Positions 40,503 through 53,069 of a stretch of DNA of 64,000 nucleotides are shown piece after piece. The notes under the pieces were generated by a model. The model saw only the letters and a list, made by a program, of their open reading frames with translations. It was not told the DNA's origin and ran no database searches. Position numbers and translations under genes: made by a program. This DNA comes from Octopus sinensis. Its lineage: Eukaryota. Position 1 is the first letter of the stretch. The number at the start of each line of letters is the position of its first letter. The stretch spans positions 96,968,001-97,032,000 of the forward strand of contig NC_043005.1 of NCBI RefSeq assembly GCF_006345805.1, in the 5' to 3' direction.

Positions 40503-41862
40503 GTACATACTTACCGTTCCACTTCTTGCAGCATACTAAGTAGACTCAGTTATTATAAACCTTGCATTCCACATCAACAAGCTATTATATATTCTTTGAG
40601 CAATACTACAAGTTTTGCAAATATTTATACCACGCACACATACACATATACATATATACGCGTGCGCGCACACACACACACACGAGCACACACACGCATA
40701 TATATAAACGGCTTTCAAATCTCTTCCAAATTTCGCACTATGTGTATATTTAACAAACTACTGACTTCATTTATAATTATATAAATACTAAACTTTTTCT
40801 CATTTTCTAGAAAAGTATTTTAACCCGCGTAATTCGAACTCCAAGCAGGAACCCAACCAGGGTTACTCAGAGGCCTTGTCATGTGCATGTCTGTGTGGTA
40901 AGTATTTTCTATAGCACATACCCGCTTCCGTACTCCCACAATATTGCGATGTCTATTATATATACATGCATACACACACACATATATAATACATACATAC
41001 ATATATACATACATTCACACATACATACACATGCACACATACATACACATATACATACATACATACACACACAAACATATACACATACATACGCACATAG
41101 ATGCATACACACATGTAATAGCTTATACTCATACTTTTGTTGGTTTGTTAATTGATTTCTCCAGTCACGCTTAACATCTTATATATATATATAAAGAGGG
41201 AGAGAGAGAAAGAGATAGATTGATAGATAGAGAGAGAGGGTGAGTGTAGAATATATATACAGAGAGAGTTGATGTAAGAGATGCAAGATGAGTGTACATA
41301 CAAGGCTGGATGGCAGACAATGAGTGTAAGAACGCTATACACACACCGAAAGAAAAAGAATAGCAGGGTCAAAAGAATCGGAGGAGTAAATGACGGAGTA
41401 GTTATGAAAGAAGTTATAAAAATGAGAAATTTGCTTTAGTATTCGTCTCATTGTATAAACACAAAGAAATTTGATAAAAGTTAAATTTTAAGTATTGCAT
41501 TTTTACTCCAATTTCTGACATTACCCGCGCTGACAAAGGTATAATTCAAAATTTACTCGTCGTATGACGGATAATACTCTAGCATACACACAGATACACG
41601 CACAAAAATACCCTCAAAAATACACATATATACGCTTACACACACACATATCAGTTTACAGTGAATATAAACATGATTATAGACATATTGATTTCAGAAA
41701 GAAGTCGAACCTTTTTCGAAAGCTGCTGTGCTCTACACCACTGTTTTCCACAACGTTATAAAAAAGGATTTATATAGATACCAGTGTAATGTTGTAAATA
41801 ATATACAGAGTTATGGACACAGTATCATGCATTTCTTCTTGTTTATCATAAATTAAGCTTAG

Positions 41863-42024
41863 TCACATTTGCCGACCGTCTGCGAGATTGCACTGGGTAG
41901 CCATTTGCAATTCTGTTTTCGCGCAGGCGCGGAGATTGAAGCAATGTTGGTGCCGACATTGCAAACAAACCATTTGCGACGGTTACAGTTGCTGCCACGT
42001 ATCAACAATAGTGTTCCTGCTTGA
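41863..42024 (+). CDS. CpG-rich coding-like segment, frame uncertain (candidate internal exon)
   Basis: Acceptors at 41862 (aagcttAG) and 41926 (ttctgttttcgcgcAG). Open frames are HICRPSARLHW...CWCRHCKQTICDGYSCCH and SHLPTVCEIA...GAEIEAMLVPTLQ...PA*. Confidence 0.35.
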   Translation, partial: SHLPTVCEIALGSHLQFCFRAGAEIEAMLVPTLQTNHLRRLQLLPRINNSVPA

Positions 42025-42868
42025 TCGCACATGCTAGAAACAGCTGCCAAGTCTTTCAGATCTAACACTATTATCTTAAAAAAACAGGAGGGACATATTC
42101 TTTGTATTCGATCCGTCTTTGATAAAAATTCTCTTTGAGCTAAATCTAATTTAAATCGTACACCATTGTTTTAAATAAAGAAGGACACAGTGAATAACAC
42201 AATCCTAGTACACAAAAGTAGCAAAATGGTTACTGCTGGAAAACGTTTGGTCGTTAATTTGTTTTAACAAGGTTGACCATGAGCTAACGACAGCTTAAGT
42301 TTGAATGGTCCCTGCTGGGACACGTTTGATCATAATTCTGCTCAGTCAAGGTGATCTGGTGCTAAATAGTATAAATTTAGGTTGGAATGGATATTGTTGA
42401 AGCATCACTGAACATAGGTTTGATCGATAAAGTTTAACCTGGAGCTAAACAACATCTTAAATAGTGATGATCACTATTGGAACGTTTTTCATAATAGAGC
42501 TACTGAATTATAGTTGATCTAGAGATGAACAGAATACATGCTGCCACAAGCTAGCGCGAGCGTTTCTATGCAATCGCTCGACCTGCTTGTGTTAGCAACC
42601 AAATCTCCGAGCGATTTAATTATCTCTGTATTGATGCGACACACTTCTGGTTACTGGATTAGAACCAGTAATTTATTGACCGATGCTCCTATTTAAACTG
42701 TCATTAACATTTTTATTAGATACACTTAATACCCAAATATTTATATCCATTTCTCTTTCTTCCTGTTTACTCATGCACAAAAACAAAAATTGCCCTCCCT
42801 TCTTATAAATGTCTTCTATTTAATTTTTCTTTTATCTAAAATATTTTTCATTTAAATCTTTTATCCAG

Positions 42869-42982
42869 CAAACTAAAGTTCAAGGAACATGTGTCCAGTT
42901 TGGGAACAGAAGGAGTGGTGTCCCGGCCTGTTCAGCTGGCCAATATTTAGACATCCAATCTGAGCAATGTCAAGGATCTTAA
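42869..42982 (+). CDS. Probable terminal coding exon (QTKVQGTCVQFGNRRSGVPACSAGQYLDIQSEQCQGS*)
   Basis: Strong acceptor tttaaatcttttatccAG; C-S-A-G-Q-Y-x7-C motif (GCC2/3, ephrin-receptor-like Cys repeat type); stop TAA; AATAAA at 43028-43033. Confidence 0.55.
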   Translation, partial: QTKVQGTCVQFGNRRSGVPACSAGQYLDIQSEQCQGS

Positions 42983-43531
42983 AATTCCACATGGAAATAC
43001 AAAGAAGGTAGCAAAACGACAAAATATAATAAACAACCGAGAAAGACGAAGAAAAAAGAAAACAAGAAGAGTCCTCAAATGAAAACATAACACACACACA
43101 CACACACACAACACACTCACAAAGGAGAACATATGGAACATTCAAATGACTTTTAGTTAGATAAATTTATTTAGACAAAGAAATGTAGAACTTGTTTTGG
43201 TATATCATATGTACTAGATATTCAGAAACGGAAAAAAAAAAATAAAAATAAAAAACAGCAAAAAAGCTCTAGGTTAATATTTGTGCTAAAGTATTGAAAG
43301 TTAAAAAAGACTTAAAATTCTTCCCCGATTCTTCTGAGAATACTCGTTAAAAATTGTTTTCTATGAATGTCAGTATATTTTGTTATTATATAGATATTAT
43401 TCAAAGTATTATCGAACAGATATAACTGTTATTCTATCAATCTCAGTAGTTCGGCTACATATAGATATTAATGTTTCCCTTCAAATTCTTACAAAATATA
43501 CAATATAAAACTAATATTATTAAAAGGCAGT

Positions 43532-43611
43532 GGTTGCTTGCCCCACATGGTTGCTTGTCCCACATGACTGCTTGTCCCACATGGTTGCTTGTCCCACATG
43601 GTTGCTTGTCC
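43532..43611. repeat. 17-bp minisatellite (GGTTGCTTGTCCCACAT) x ~4.7
   Basis: Head-to-tail units with no spacers. Confidence 0.9.
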
Positions 43612-43708
43612 GAACAGTTAGTGAGTGGAAGGGTAGTGATATGTAAGAGTCTTCTCAAGTTCCAAATGCGAATTTGTTTGTGTTAACTACACTCCAAAGA
43701 TAGAGCCT

Positions 43709-43790
<82 letters not shown>

Positions 43791-43792
43791 TG

Positions 43793-43824
<32 letters not shown>

Positions 43825-43944
43825 CATATATATATGTATACATATGTATGTATATGTATATATATATGTGTGTGTGTGTGTATAGTTAGATAAATAGATA
43901 TGCACACAGACATACACATACATGCATACTTGCATACATACCTA

Positions 43945-43977
<33 letters not shown>

Positions 43978-44732
43978 ATGATTTTATGATGTAACGTGCG
44001 GATGCTTTGGGATGCATCATGAGTCATGTGTCTTGTATTTAGAGGGTTTTCGGGATTTTCACCCTCAGACATCCTCACCCAGTTGATCCAGCCGGGGTTG
44101 ATCAAGTCCCTGCTTGCATCCCAGTAGCAACAAACCACTGATCTGTCCTCTTTATCCAAAGCCCCCCCCCCACCAGTTTCAGCGATGGAATTTATAGCCA
44201 TCCACTCTGCAGCACCAGTAACACCAAACCCAATATAAAATACCACCAGCCTTCACGCACACACTCACACACACATGCATATATAAACATAATACATACA
44301 TGTATGTTTATTTAGCTTCCTGTACTGTGATAGAATAAGTTATGTAACAGAGAGCTGAATAACAATAACTACATTCTTAATTAGTCACTGCACATGTAAC
44401 AAGTAATTTATTCGTTCGATATATTTCTGTAATGCTTCATTTGTGTGGGAGAATTGCTTAAGTAATATAACAGATTGGCACAGTCTGGGTAATTAGTAGA
44501 CTGTTGTTTAAATTGCAAACTAATAATCTAAAATAGTTGTTACTATACACTTAACTAACATATTTTGAATCTGCGTTATATATTTTCAGACTGCTTCGTT
44601 AGTTTTTCACAAACAGAAATAAGAGGGATAGATTAAGAAGCTTAATTATTAACCATAATCTTAACTAGTAAGAAAGTAATTCCATATCGTAACTTGGGAA
44701 GCATAGTCGAAGATGTATTTACATACATACAA

Positions 44733-44782
<50 letters not shown>

Positions 44783-45948
44783 GTGTGTTAACAAAGATAC
44801 ACATACATACGATACATACATATATACATATGTAAATGCATGTATGTATTTACATATATATATATATGTAAATGTACGTATGTATATATATAAATATCTT
44901 TATATATATACATACGTACATTTACATATATATATATAGGGAGAGAGAGTGAGAGAGAGAGAGATAGAGAGAGTATTTTAAATTTAAATTACACACGCAC
45001 GCACAAGTACGTATACACACAAGCTTCCAATTCTTTTGCCGTTCCAACTTTGCTACTGAGCTGCAATATTCTTGTCAATTATATTCATTTAGCAAAACAA
45101 GGCTACCACGACCTTCTGACATAGACTCCACCTAGATTTAATGAGTACTTTATGCTATAAATTTTTTTAAAACCATAATCAACGTTTCAATATTATAAAA
45201 TTTTCAAAGTATCAAAGAAAATCATTTATGGCGTCCATTGCACGTTACGTTTATGTTTATATATACATATATATATACATACATATATTACATAAACAAG
45301 CAGAACTGGCAATCTAGATTTCGGTGTATTTCACAGTAAACAATATCTTTGGCTTAATACTGACGGCAACCATAGCTACTACATGTAACCTTGACAGGGA
45401 GGAAACCTCAACTTATTTCAACATATTAAAAACGTTTGTAATGGATTCGTGCGTTTTAACGTATTAGTTAATATGTTGTGGCGTATTAACTAGCTGCATA
45501 GGCCAACAAACTGTACTAGATGTCACTGTAAGTTAGAGGATATTGTTCTGTTATGAAAACATTAACATACATTAATAAAAACAATTTTTTTTGTTTGTCT
45601 GGCAGTTTCTGGCGGTCAAATAATTCGACGTTGATAGATTTTATGTTATTGATGCTTGTTGTTGTTGTTGTTGCTGTTGTTGCTATTGAAATGATCACAA
45701 TATTCATAATATATGCCTCTCTGTGTGTGTGTGTGTGTGTGTGTATCTATATATACACGGAGAGAGAGAGAGAGAGAGAGAGAGAAGAGAGATGTATATA
45801 TATATATAATTCATAACCACATACATACATACATACATGCATGCATACATACATATATACACACATACATACATACACACATACATACATACATGCATAC
45901 ATACATACATACATGCATACATACATACATACATACATATATATATGT

Positions 45949-45979
<31 letters not shown>

Positions 45980-46049
45980 ATGTATATATATATATTGGCT
46001 ATACTGGCAATATGACCATTCCGAAATATAACAATATATATATATATAT

Positions 46050-46087
<38 letters not shown>

Positions 46088-46099
46088 TATATATGTATA

Positions 46100-46149
<50 letters not shown>

Positions 46150-46691
46150 CATCTGGAAATTCCGCTTACATTGTAGCAGCTAGATTTGGTTTGCGATCAC
46201 ATGTCTCGTCGGATTATATACTTTAATCCTCTCTTTGTGTCGCTTCCTAAAATAACAATGGAAATAAATGCTTTCCATTGTGTTTCAATTATGGAACATA
46301 AGTCCTCAATGATTGTTATGTTTAGTTTATTTCTGTATTTCCTTGTTCATGTCTCTTTGTATATGTTTGCATGTCTTTGTATGATCATTTCTACTGTTTG
46401 CTGTATGCGTATTTGAATAATAATATGAATAATAATAACAACAGAAGCAGAAGAATAAACATCACTGAGAAATGAAAAAAAAGTGATCCCTATTTCTATT
46501 TTGAGAGATATCATAAGAACTTGGATTAAGAAACGTTAACCGAAGAGACATGTAGTGGCGAAACTCGTAGTCCTTCTCTGTTTCGCAGACGTACACTCAC
46601 TCATACAGTTCTATGTATGTATGTATGTATGTATGTATGTATGTATGTATGTATGTATGTATGTATGTATGTATGTATGTATGTATGTATG

Positions 46692-46773
<82 letters not shown>

Positions 46774-46809
46774 CATACATATATTGCATATATACATATA
46801 TTAGTTGAG

Positions 46810-47140
46810 CCTTTCGCTTCCTATGGAGCATAAACGGATGACTTCCCTTCATAATTCTCGACTCTGAGTTGTCTTTCCTCTCTCAGGTCTTGTTAGTTTA
46901 GAATTGCTTTGTAATTGCTTTTTTTCTAGGTAGTAATGCTGACCATATATAATTCCATTATTACTTCTGGAAAGAAGTGGTCCTCATGTGTCTAGCTTCT
47001 ATCTTTTGTTCTGTGCTGCATGGAAGGTCCTATTGGGAGCTTACATTTCACTGACATTGTTCTTAGGATCAATGAGACTCAAGCCACGATACCGCAGCAA
47101 ATATGGGGCATACCTTCATATATTGTATCTGCCAGGGAGC
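46810..47140 (-). mobile_element. Degraded RTE-type LINE 3' end
   Basis: Minus strand ends in GTCATCCGTTTATGCTCCATAGGAAGCGAAAGGCTCAACTAA after decayed ORF2-like sequence. Confidence 0.45.
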
Positions 47141-47560
47141 ACCTGTTAAACAACAATAGCGAAAATAAATATAAAAAACTTAAAGCTGAAGAGCGAAAGG
47201 AACGACATCCTACGTGTCGGCAGTAAACCCCTCAGAAAGTACTCTCTTCGCGACGACCTCTTATACATCTCCAGAACATTTGAGCTAACATACCTCAAAA
47301 AAGGCTTGGACGTGAAGCACTTAGCATACAAAAAAGAGAGAAAAAAGAATAGATAGGTATGTTTCCCGAAGATTAGGAAATAGACTCGTAACTGCTACAT
47401 CGCATAACACTTCGAAGGCAATGCGTTTGCAGTCCAAGAGTTTGAGATTGCTACAAAATACCTAATAAACGGAAGGGACAGTGAAGCCCTAGGAAACCTA
47501 CGATGCTATCGAAAATGTCGATTGTATCCCATTTCTGTGAAAGACATTACACACTTAGCT

Positions 47561-47888
47561 AGTTAGTTAGTTAGTTAGTTAATTTTTTGGCTCAAAAAGC
47601 AAAAAGCAAGGCCATGTAGGGGGACATGGAGTTATGTACAGGGTGGTGTTCATGTAAAGAGTTCAGGCCTCTTGAGGTCAAGGGAGACTTTGAACCGAGC
47701 GGTCGTCGGCATCTTCACCATCTCGTCTGGCAGTTTATTCCACGGATCTGCAACCCGGACGGAGAAAGCCCCTCTCCTTTGATTGAGATGAAATCGTCGC
47801 AGATAGAGCTTTTCGGAATGACCCCGCAGCCGACGCTCTGGAGCAGGAGTGAAGAACAGCTCTTTCGAGAGGTTACACTTTCCGCTTA
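47561..47888 (-). mobile_element. CR1-clade LINE 3' end, young and 5'-truncated
   Basis: Uninterrupted frame ELFFTPAPERRLRGHSEKLYLRRFHLNQRRGAFSVRVADPWNKLPDEMVKMPTTARFKVSLDLKRPELFT*, then a 3' UTR and (CTAA)n tail. Confidence 0.9.
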
Positions 47889-47924
47889 TGATGTTGATCA
47901 GCTGCTGCCTAAAATTGTTTTCAA

Positions 47925-48560
47925 GATACTACATTCTAATGTGACAAGATGTTGTTGCTAAAACAGTACACGATGCCGTCAGAATAACAACCTATCATAG
48001 GATAAATAAAGAGAATCTTGCTATTATTAAATATAACCATAAACAACAACACCAAGAGTATTGGTAGAACATTCTCATTAGAACCTCTACCAAATACAAA
48101 CATAACGTCGTTTGGGGCAGTTAAGAAAATGCATGTCATAGAAGTCAGCTGCCCTGCTGATGTGAATATGATTATGGCCAACAGCTTGAAAACGTAGATT
48201 ATCAATTCACATTCATACCAATAATAACTGGTGAGGGGCGGCGAGCTGGCAGAAACGTTAGCGCGCCAGGCGAAATGCTTAGAGGTATTTCGTCTGTCGT
48301 TACGTTCTGAGTTCAAATTCCACCGAGGTCAACTTTGCCTTTCATCCTTTCGGGGTCGATAAATAAAGTACCAGTTTCGCACTGGGTTCGATGTAATCGA
48401 CTTAATCTCTTTGTCTGTCCTTGTTTGTCCCTTCTATGTTTAGCGCCTTGTGGGCAGTAAAGAAATATAAATAATAACTGGTGTACATGGTTTTGTTAGA
48501 AAATGTCTTATTGTCAATGTAGAAAATCTAGGGCTTTCAGAAAAAGAAATTAACCATCTA
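47925..48560 (+). mobile_element. R4/Dong-like REL endonuclease remnant split by a SINE
   Basis: DVVAKTVHDAVR, HVIEVSCPADVN, and after the SINE IITGVHGFVRKCLIVNVENLGLSEKEINHL. Confidence 0.8.
48234..48469 (+). mobile_element. SINE family A with 14-bp TSD
   Basis: TSD AATAATAACTGGTG at 48220-48233 and 48470-48483; A-box TGGCAGAAACGTTAGC and B-box GAGTTCAAATTCC. Confidence 0.95.
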
Positions 48561-48835
48561 ACACGCACGTTACAAATGCAACTGTATACACAAAATTAAA
48601 AATATGCTAAACTTTTCTCATCTTCAACACGAGACACTATTTACGTTCTCTGTATTCCAACAATGAGACTTCGTATCTTTGTTAAAAACTAGCTCCCTTC
48701 TTAGGGGAAGACTTTAAATTATTAAAAATGGAAGAGAACACACACGCATACACACGCACGCGCACGGGGGCGCACGCGCATTCACATCATGTTCTGTAAT
48801 TTGGCATAACTTTCTTTTAATATTGCTTTTTATTA

Positions 48836-49205
48836 AGGTGGCGAACTGGCAGAAACGTTAGCACGCCGGACGAAATGTTTAGCAGTATTTCGTCTGCCGC
48901 TACGTTCTGAGTTCAAATTCCGCCGAGGTCGACTTTGCCTTTCATTCTTTCGGGGTCGATAAATTAAGTACCAGTTGCGCACTGGGGTCGATATAATCGA
49001 CTTAATCCGTTTGTCTGTCCTTGTTTGTCCTCTCTGTGTTTAGCCCCTTGTGGGTAGTAAAGAAATAGGTATTTCGTCTGTCTTTACTTTCTGAGTTTAA
49101 ATCCCGCCGCGGTCGACTTTGCCGTTCATCCCTCGGGGTCGATAAATTGATCGACTACCCCTCCCCACCAAATTTTCGGTCTTGTGCCTAGAGTAGGAAA
49201 GGATA
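48836..49205 (+). mobile_element. SINE family A full copy fused to a 5'-truncated copy with the other tail subtype
   Basis: 48836-49068 has the TTTGTCTGTCC tail; 49069-49205 has the CCCTCCCCACCAAATTTTCGGTCTTGTGCCTAG tail. Confidence 0.9.
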
Positions 49206-50039
49206 TTGCTTTTATTAAACTGCTCTCTCTCTCTCTGTATATACATAGATGCGTATGCATGTATGAAAGTATATTTTCTCTTCACACACTTACACAAGAC
49301 ATTTTACTGTTTTAATTACGCAACTAAAACTAAATCGAGTCTTTTTAATCAGGGGGTGGGGGGATGGCGGGGGGGGGGACAACAGCAAAAAGAACAAAAA
49401 AGCAAAAAACAAAACTAAAACAACCCCATCAAAATTGAAAACTAACAAACAATTAACCCTTGCAAAGCGAAAACAAATCCAGTATAAATTTCAGTGGGTT
49501 TTACAAGAAATGTCAGAGGTCATTTGCAAGCAGCGTGTGAAGTTTTTATTTAGATCGAACCGTTTATTCGAGTAAGCTCTGACGTGTTGTATTTAGCTGA
49601 GTAATTTCAAAGATTTATTAACATCATGAAATTATCGTGAGAACCATTGCAGTTAGTATTTGTTATTGAGTAGTATTAATGCCTGATGAAGAATTAGTTC
49701 TAAGTCTTTTGAAATATTTTACTTACTGGAATTAAAATTAATTACTATCCTTATCACATATGGCTTTAAGCCAACCATCATTCCCTTCCTTCTCATAACA
49801 GTGGAATAAAACGAAAGAACCTAACAGCAAAGATACACACACACACATTTGCCTGACGTGCTCACGCACACATTTGGTTGACATGATTTGGATTTAGAAA
49901 TTTTGATAGAACATCAAATATTTCTTTTTCTTTTTGGAACAGTTTAACTCGAAGCAGATAAAGAGCTATGAATAATAGCGTGTAGATATTGGTTTTAAAA
50001 ATATCTTTGGATAAAAAAAGAGTAGCAGAGTATATATAT

Positions 50040-50180
50040 ATACACAACGGGCTTCGTTCAGTTTCTGTCTACCAAATCCTGTCACAAGACTTGGGTCTAC
50101 AGTAGAAGATACATAACCAAGGTGACACGCAGTGAGACTAAACTCGAAACCTTGTGGCTGGGAAGCAAACTTATTACCTT
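50040..50180 (-). mobile_element. SINE family B, 5' half
   Basis: CAACGGGCTTCGTTCAGTTTCTGTCTACCAAATCC...AGTAGAAGATACATAACCAAGGTGACACGCAGTG. Confidence 0.8.
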
Positions 50181-50485
50181 ACAACCGCTCCGACATCTCT
50201 TTATATTTAAAGAAACACTGCTTCTAATATATAATGATTTTAATTTTTACTTGGTAAAATATTATTGATATGCTCATTATAATCATGCATTATTAGTAAT
50301 TTTTATGTTATTACGTTATGAATACAAATTTCGCTGAAGTCAGCTTTGCCTTTCATCATTTCGGGGGGAGGGGGGTCGATGAAAAAAAGGGCCAGTGAAG
50401 CACAGGAGTTGATATAATAGAGTAACCCCGCCCCGCACAAAATTTCAAGCCTATTGCCTATAATAGAAATGATAATAATTAAAAT

Positions 50486-50700
50486 TACATGGCTCAGTGG
50501 TTAGAGTGTTGAGCTTACGAACATGAGGTTGTGAGTTCGAATCCCGGACCGGGCTGCGTGTTTTGTTCTTGAGCAGGACACTTTATTTCACATTGCTCCA
50601 GTTCACTCAGCTGTAGAAATGAGTTGCAACGTCACAGGTGCCAAGCTGTATCACCCTCCCCTCTCCAGTGGAGAGGGGAGGGTGGTGGTCTTCCATAAAC
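50486..50700 (+). mobile_element. SINE family C, truncated at a perfect hairpin
   Basis: ATGGCTCAGTGGTTAGAG head, GAGTTCGAATCCC B-box, core; a 15-bp inverted repeat at 50652-50684. Confidence 0.85.
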
Positions 50701-50715
50701 ATATATGTATGTATG

Positions 50716-50750
<35 letters not shown>

Positions 50751-51135
50751 ATACATACTGAAATGTCATAAATTGAGTATTGGGGCCGCTAATTAAGGTA
50801 GATGTGTGGAATAAATGATTCTTTAGTTATTAAAATATAATTTGATTCCCAATCTGATCTGTCTCTCACTATGTTATACATTCTAATCCGCTTCTATTTT
50901 GGGACGTGACGGATATGGCTTCGATATTTCTGAGCCTAGTGCTGCTTGATCAAGACTGATTTGTGGAGAAACTAAACCCCAATAACACCACCACCACCAC
51001 CACCATAGGTCAATATCTTGCATTAGAACCATGTAACTAATGTGTTTCCCACATGTAACACAGTGACGTGTAAGCAAAGTGTCTCAAAGAAGTGCGCCAA
51101 AAACATAATCCTTCATACTTTACCTTACTTGACAG

Positions 51136-51441
51136 TGTTGAACCAATCAGAACGTGCCCTGCCTATCCAAACGTATCGGATCTCAGTACACCACTCTTTT
51201 CTAATCTTAGAATGTTTTTCTGTGAACGGAGAAATATACTTCAAACTGTTAAATTTTTCTTACTTTTGTTCGTGTGTTCTTATATACAAGGTCTTATGTA
51301 CAAGAGATAATAGGCTTCGATGCTGCATCGAAGAAGTGGGTCTCCGCCTTCTTCGAAATGAGACGAACTTATATTATTCGAGGGTGCAAGGGTCCCCTGG
51401 GCCCTGACTCTACAACACGCATAGTTCTGGCCTTAATATAG
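51136..51441 (+). other. Two exon-like coding segments (from 51136 and from 51291), unlinked
   Basis: Polypyrimidine acceptors ctttaccttacttgacAG and ttttgttcgtgtgttcttatatacaAG, followed by VEPIRTCPAYPNVSDLSTPL... and SYVQEIIGFDAASKKWVSAFFEMRRTYIIRGCKGPLGPD...*. Confidence 0.25.
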
Positions 51442-51740
51442 TAGTGTTAATATAGCGTGTGCTTATTTAGATATCATTTATATAACTATGTATGCATGTA
51501 TTTAGATATATATATATATTATATAGTATCTAACTTTGACTGTGTTTTGACATCTCATATATAATAGCTAAGTCTTTCTGTAAATATTTAGATATCTCTC
51601 ATGTATCAATTATAATGTTCAGTGTTAGCTTCTCTTTCTTTACATATGAGTCTCCGATTGTTTGTTGTTTCTGCTATTGCAACATTTGCTGATAATGCAA
51701 TTGTATCAGTATTCTTTCCACATATTAAGGGAAAAACTAG

Positions 51741-51779
<39 letters not shown>

Positions 51780-51795
51780 GACACACACGTACTAG

Positions 51796-51828
<33 letters not shown>

Positions 51829-52669
51829 GGCACACACAGACACACTAATCTCTCTCACATACACGCGTGCGCTCGCATTACACTCGCATACATATACTGA
51901 AGTTCATTACTCATGAAATCCCAACAGTTTAGTAGCGTGAATATATTTAAAGCTTTGCTGATGAGGTCAAATAAGACCGAAAAATGACTAGCATTTTTCC
52001 CCCAAACGACTAAAATAATCATTCAGGATCTATTGTTCTTTTCTACTCACTACACTAATATTTCTAATTACATTTTTGATGCTCTGAATTAAACATGTTC
52101 ATCTTTATTTAACACTATTTTGCCATTGTTACTCTCTCTGCGTCGTGTTATAGCTTAAATTTCCATCACCTAAATCACTATGATCCACAATAATATTTCC
52201 TTCAGCTTGCAAGTCTAGTTTGTTTCGTAAAGAGCTTTAGGGTAACCGCCATCTTTATTTATTATGGATGATTGAAAATAGAATCACTTCTGTATCAGAA
52301 GCAATGTTTTAAACTGCTTCACATAATTTTTCCGTTAGTGCCTTATTTAAGATAATGTGAAGATACGTCTACTAGAGTTTTCTGGAAATAAAGCAGCTAA
52401 CACAAAGCATGGAGCTACAAAATATTCTGCCAGCATAGACGAAATCTTTTAAAAGAATCAACAATAATGACAATGATAATGAGGATTTTTTCCGTAGGTG
52501 GATAACATTGCTCTTTGTATGTATGTATGTATGTATGTATGTATGTATGTATGTATGTATGTATGTATGTATGTATGTATGTATGTATGTATGTATGTAT
52601 GTATGTGTGAATGTATGCATATATGCATGTATTGGAAAGCAAGATTCATAACACACACACATATATGGA

Positions 52670-52795
52670 TGGGTGTGTGGTATGAATCTTGCTTTCCAAC
52701 CACATGGTTCTGGGCTCAGACCCACTGCGTGGCATCTTGGGCCAACCAGAGCCTTGCGAGACGATTTAGTAAATAGAAGCTGAAAGAAGCCATTC

Positions 52796-52797
<2 letters not shown>
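52670..52797 (+). mobile_element. SINE family B, 5' half ending in (TA)n
   Basis: CCAACCACATGGTTCTGGGCTCAGACCCACTGCGTGGCATCTTGGG...CTGAAAGAAGCCATTCG then (TA)n. Confidence 0.8.
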
Positions 52798-52866
<69 letters not shown>

Positions 52867-53010
52867 ATATCTGTAAATTAATATGTGACTATTATACAAT
52901 AGCTATCTTGGCTATTGTATAATTGTCACATATTAATTTACAGATAAATTTCCTCTATTACATATTATTGAGGTCTCTTTCTTTCTTTTGTTATCTTACC
53001 ATTTTTACCC

Positions 53011-53069
<59 letters not shown>

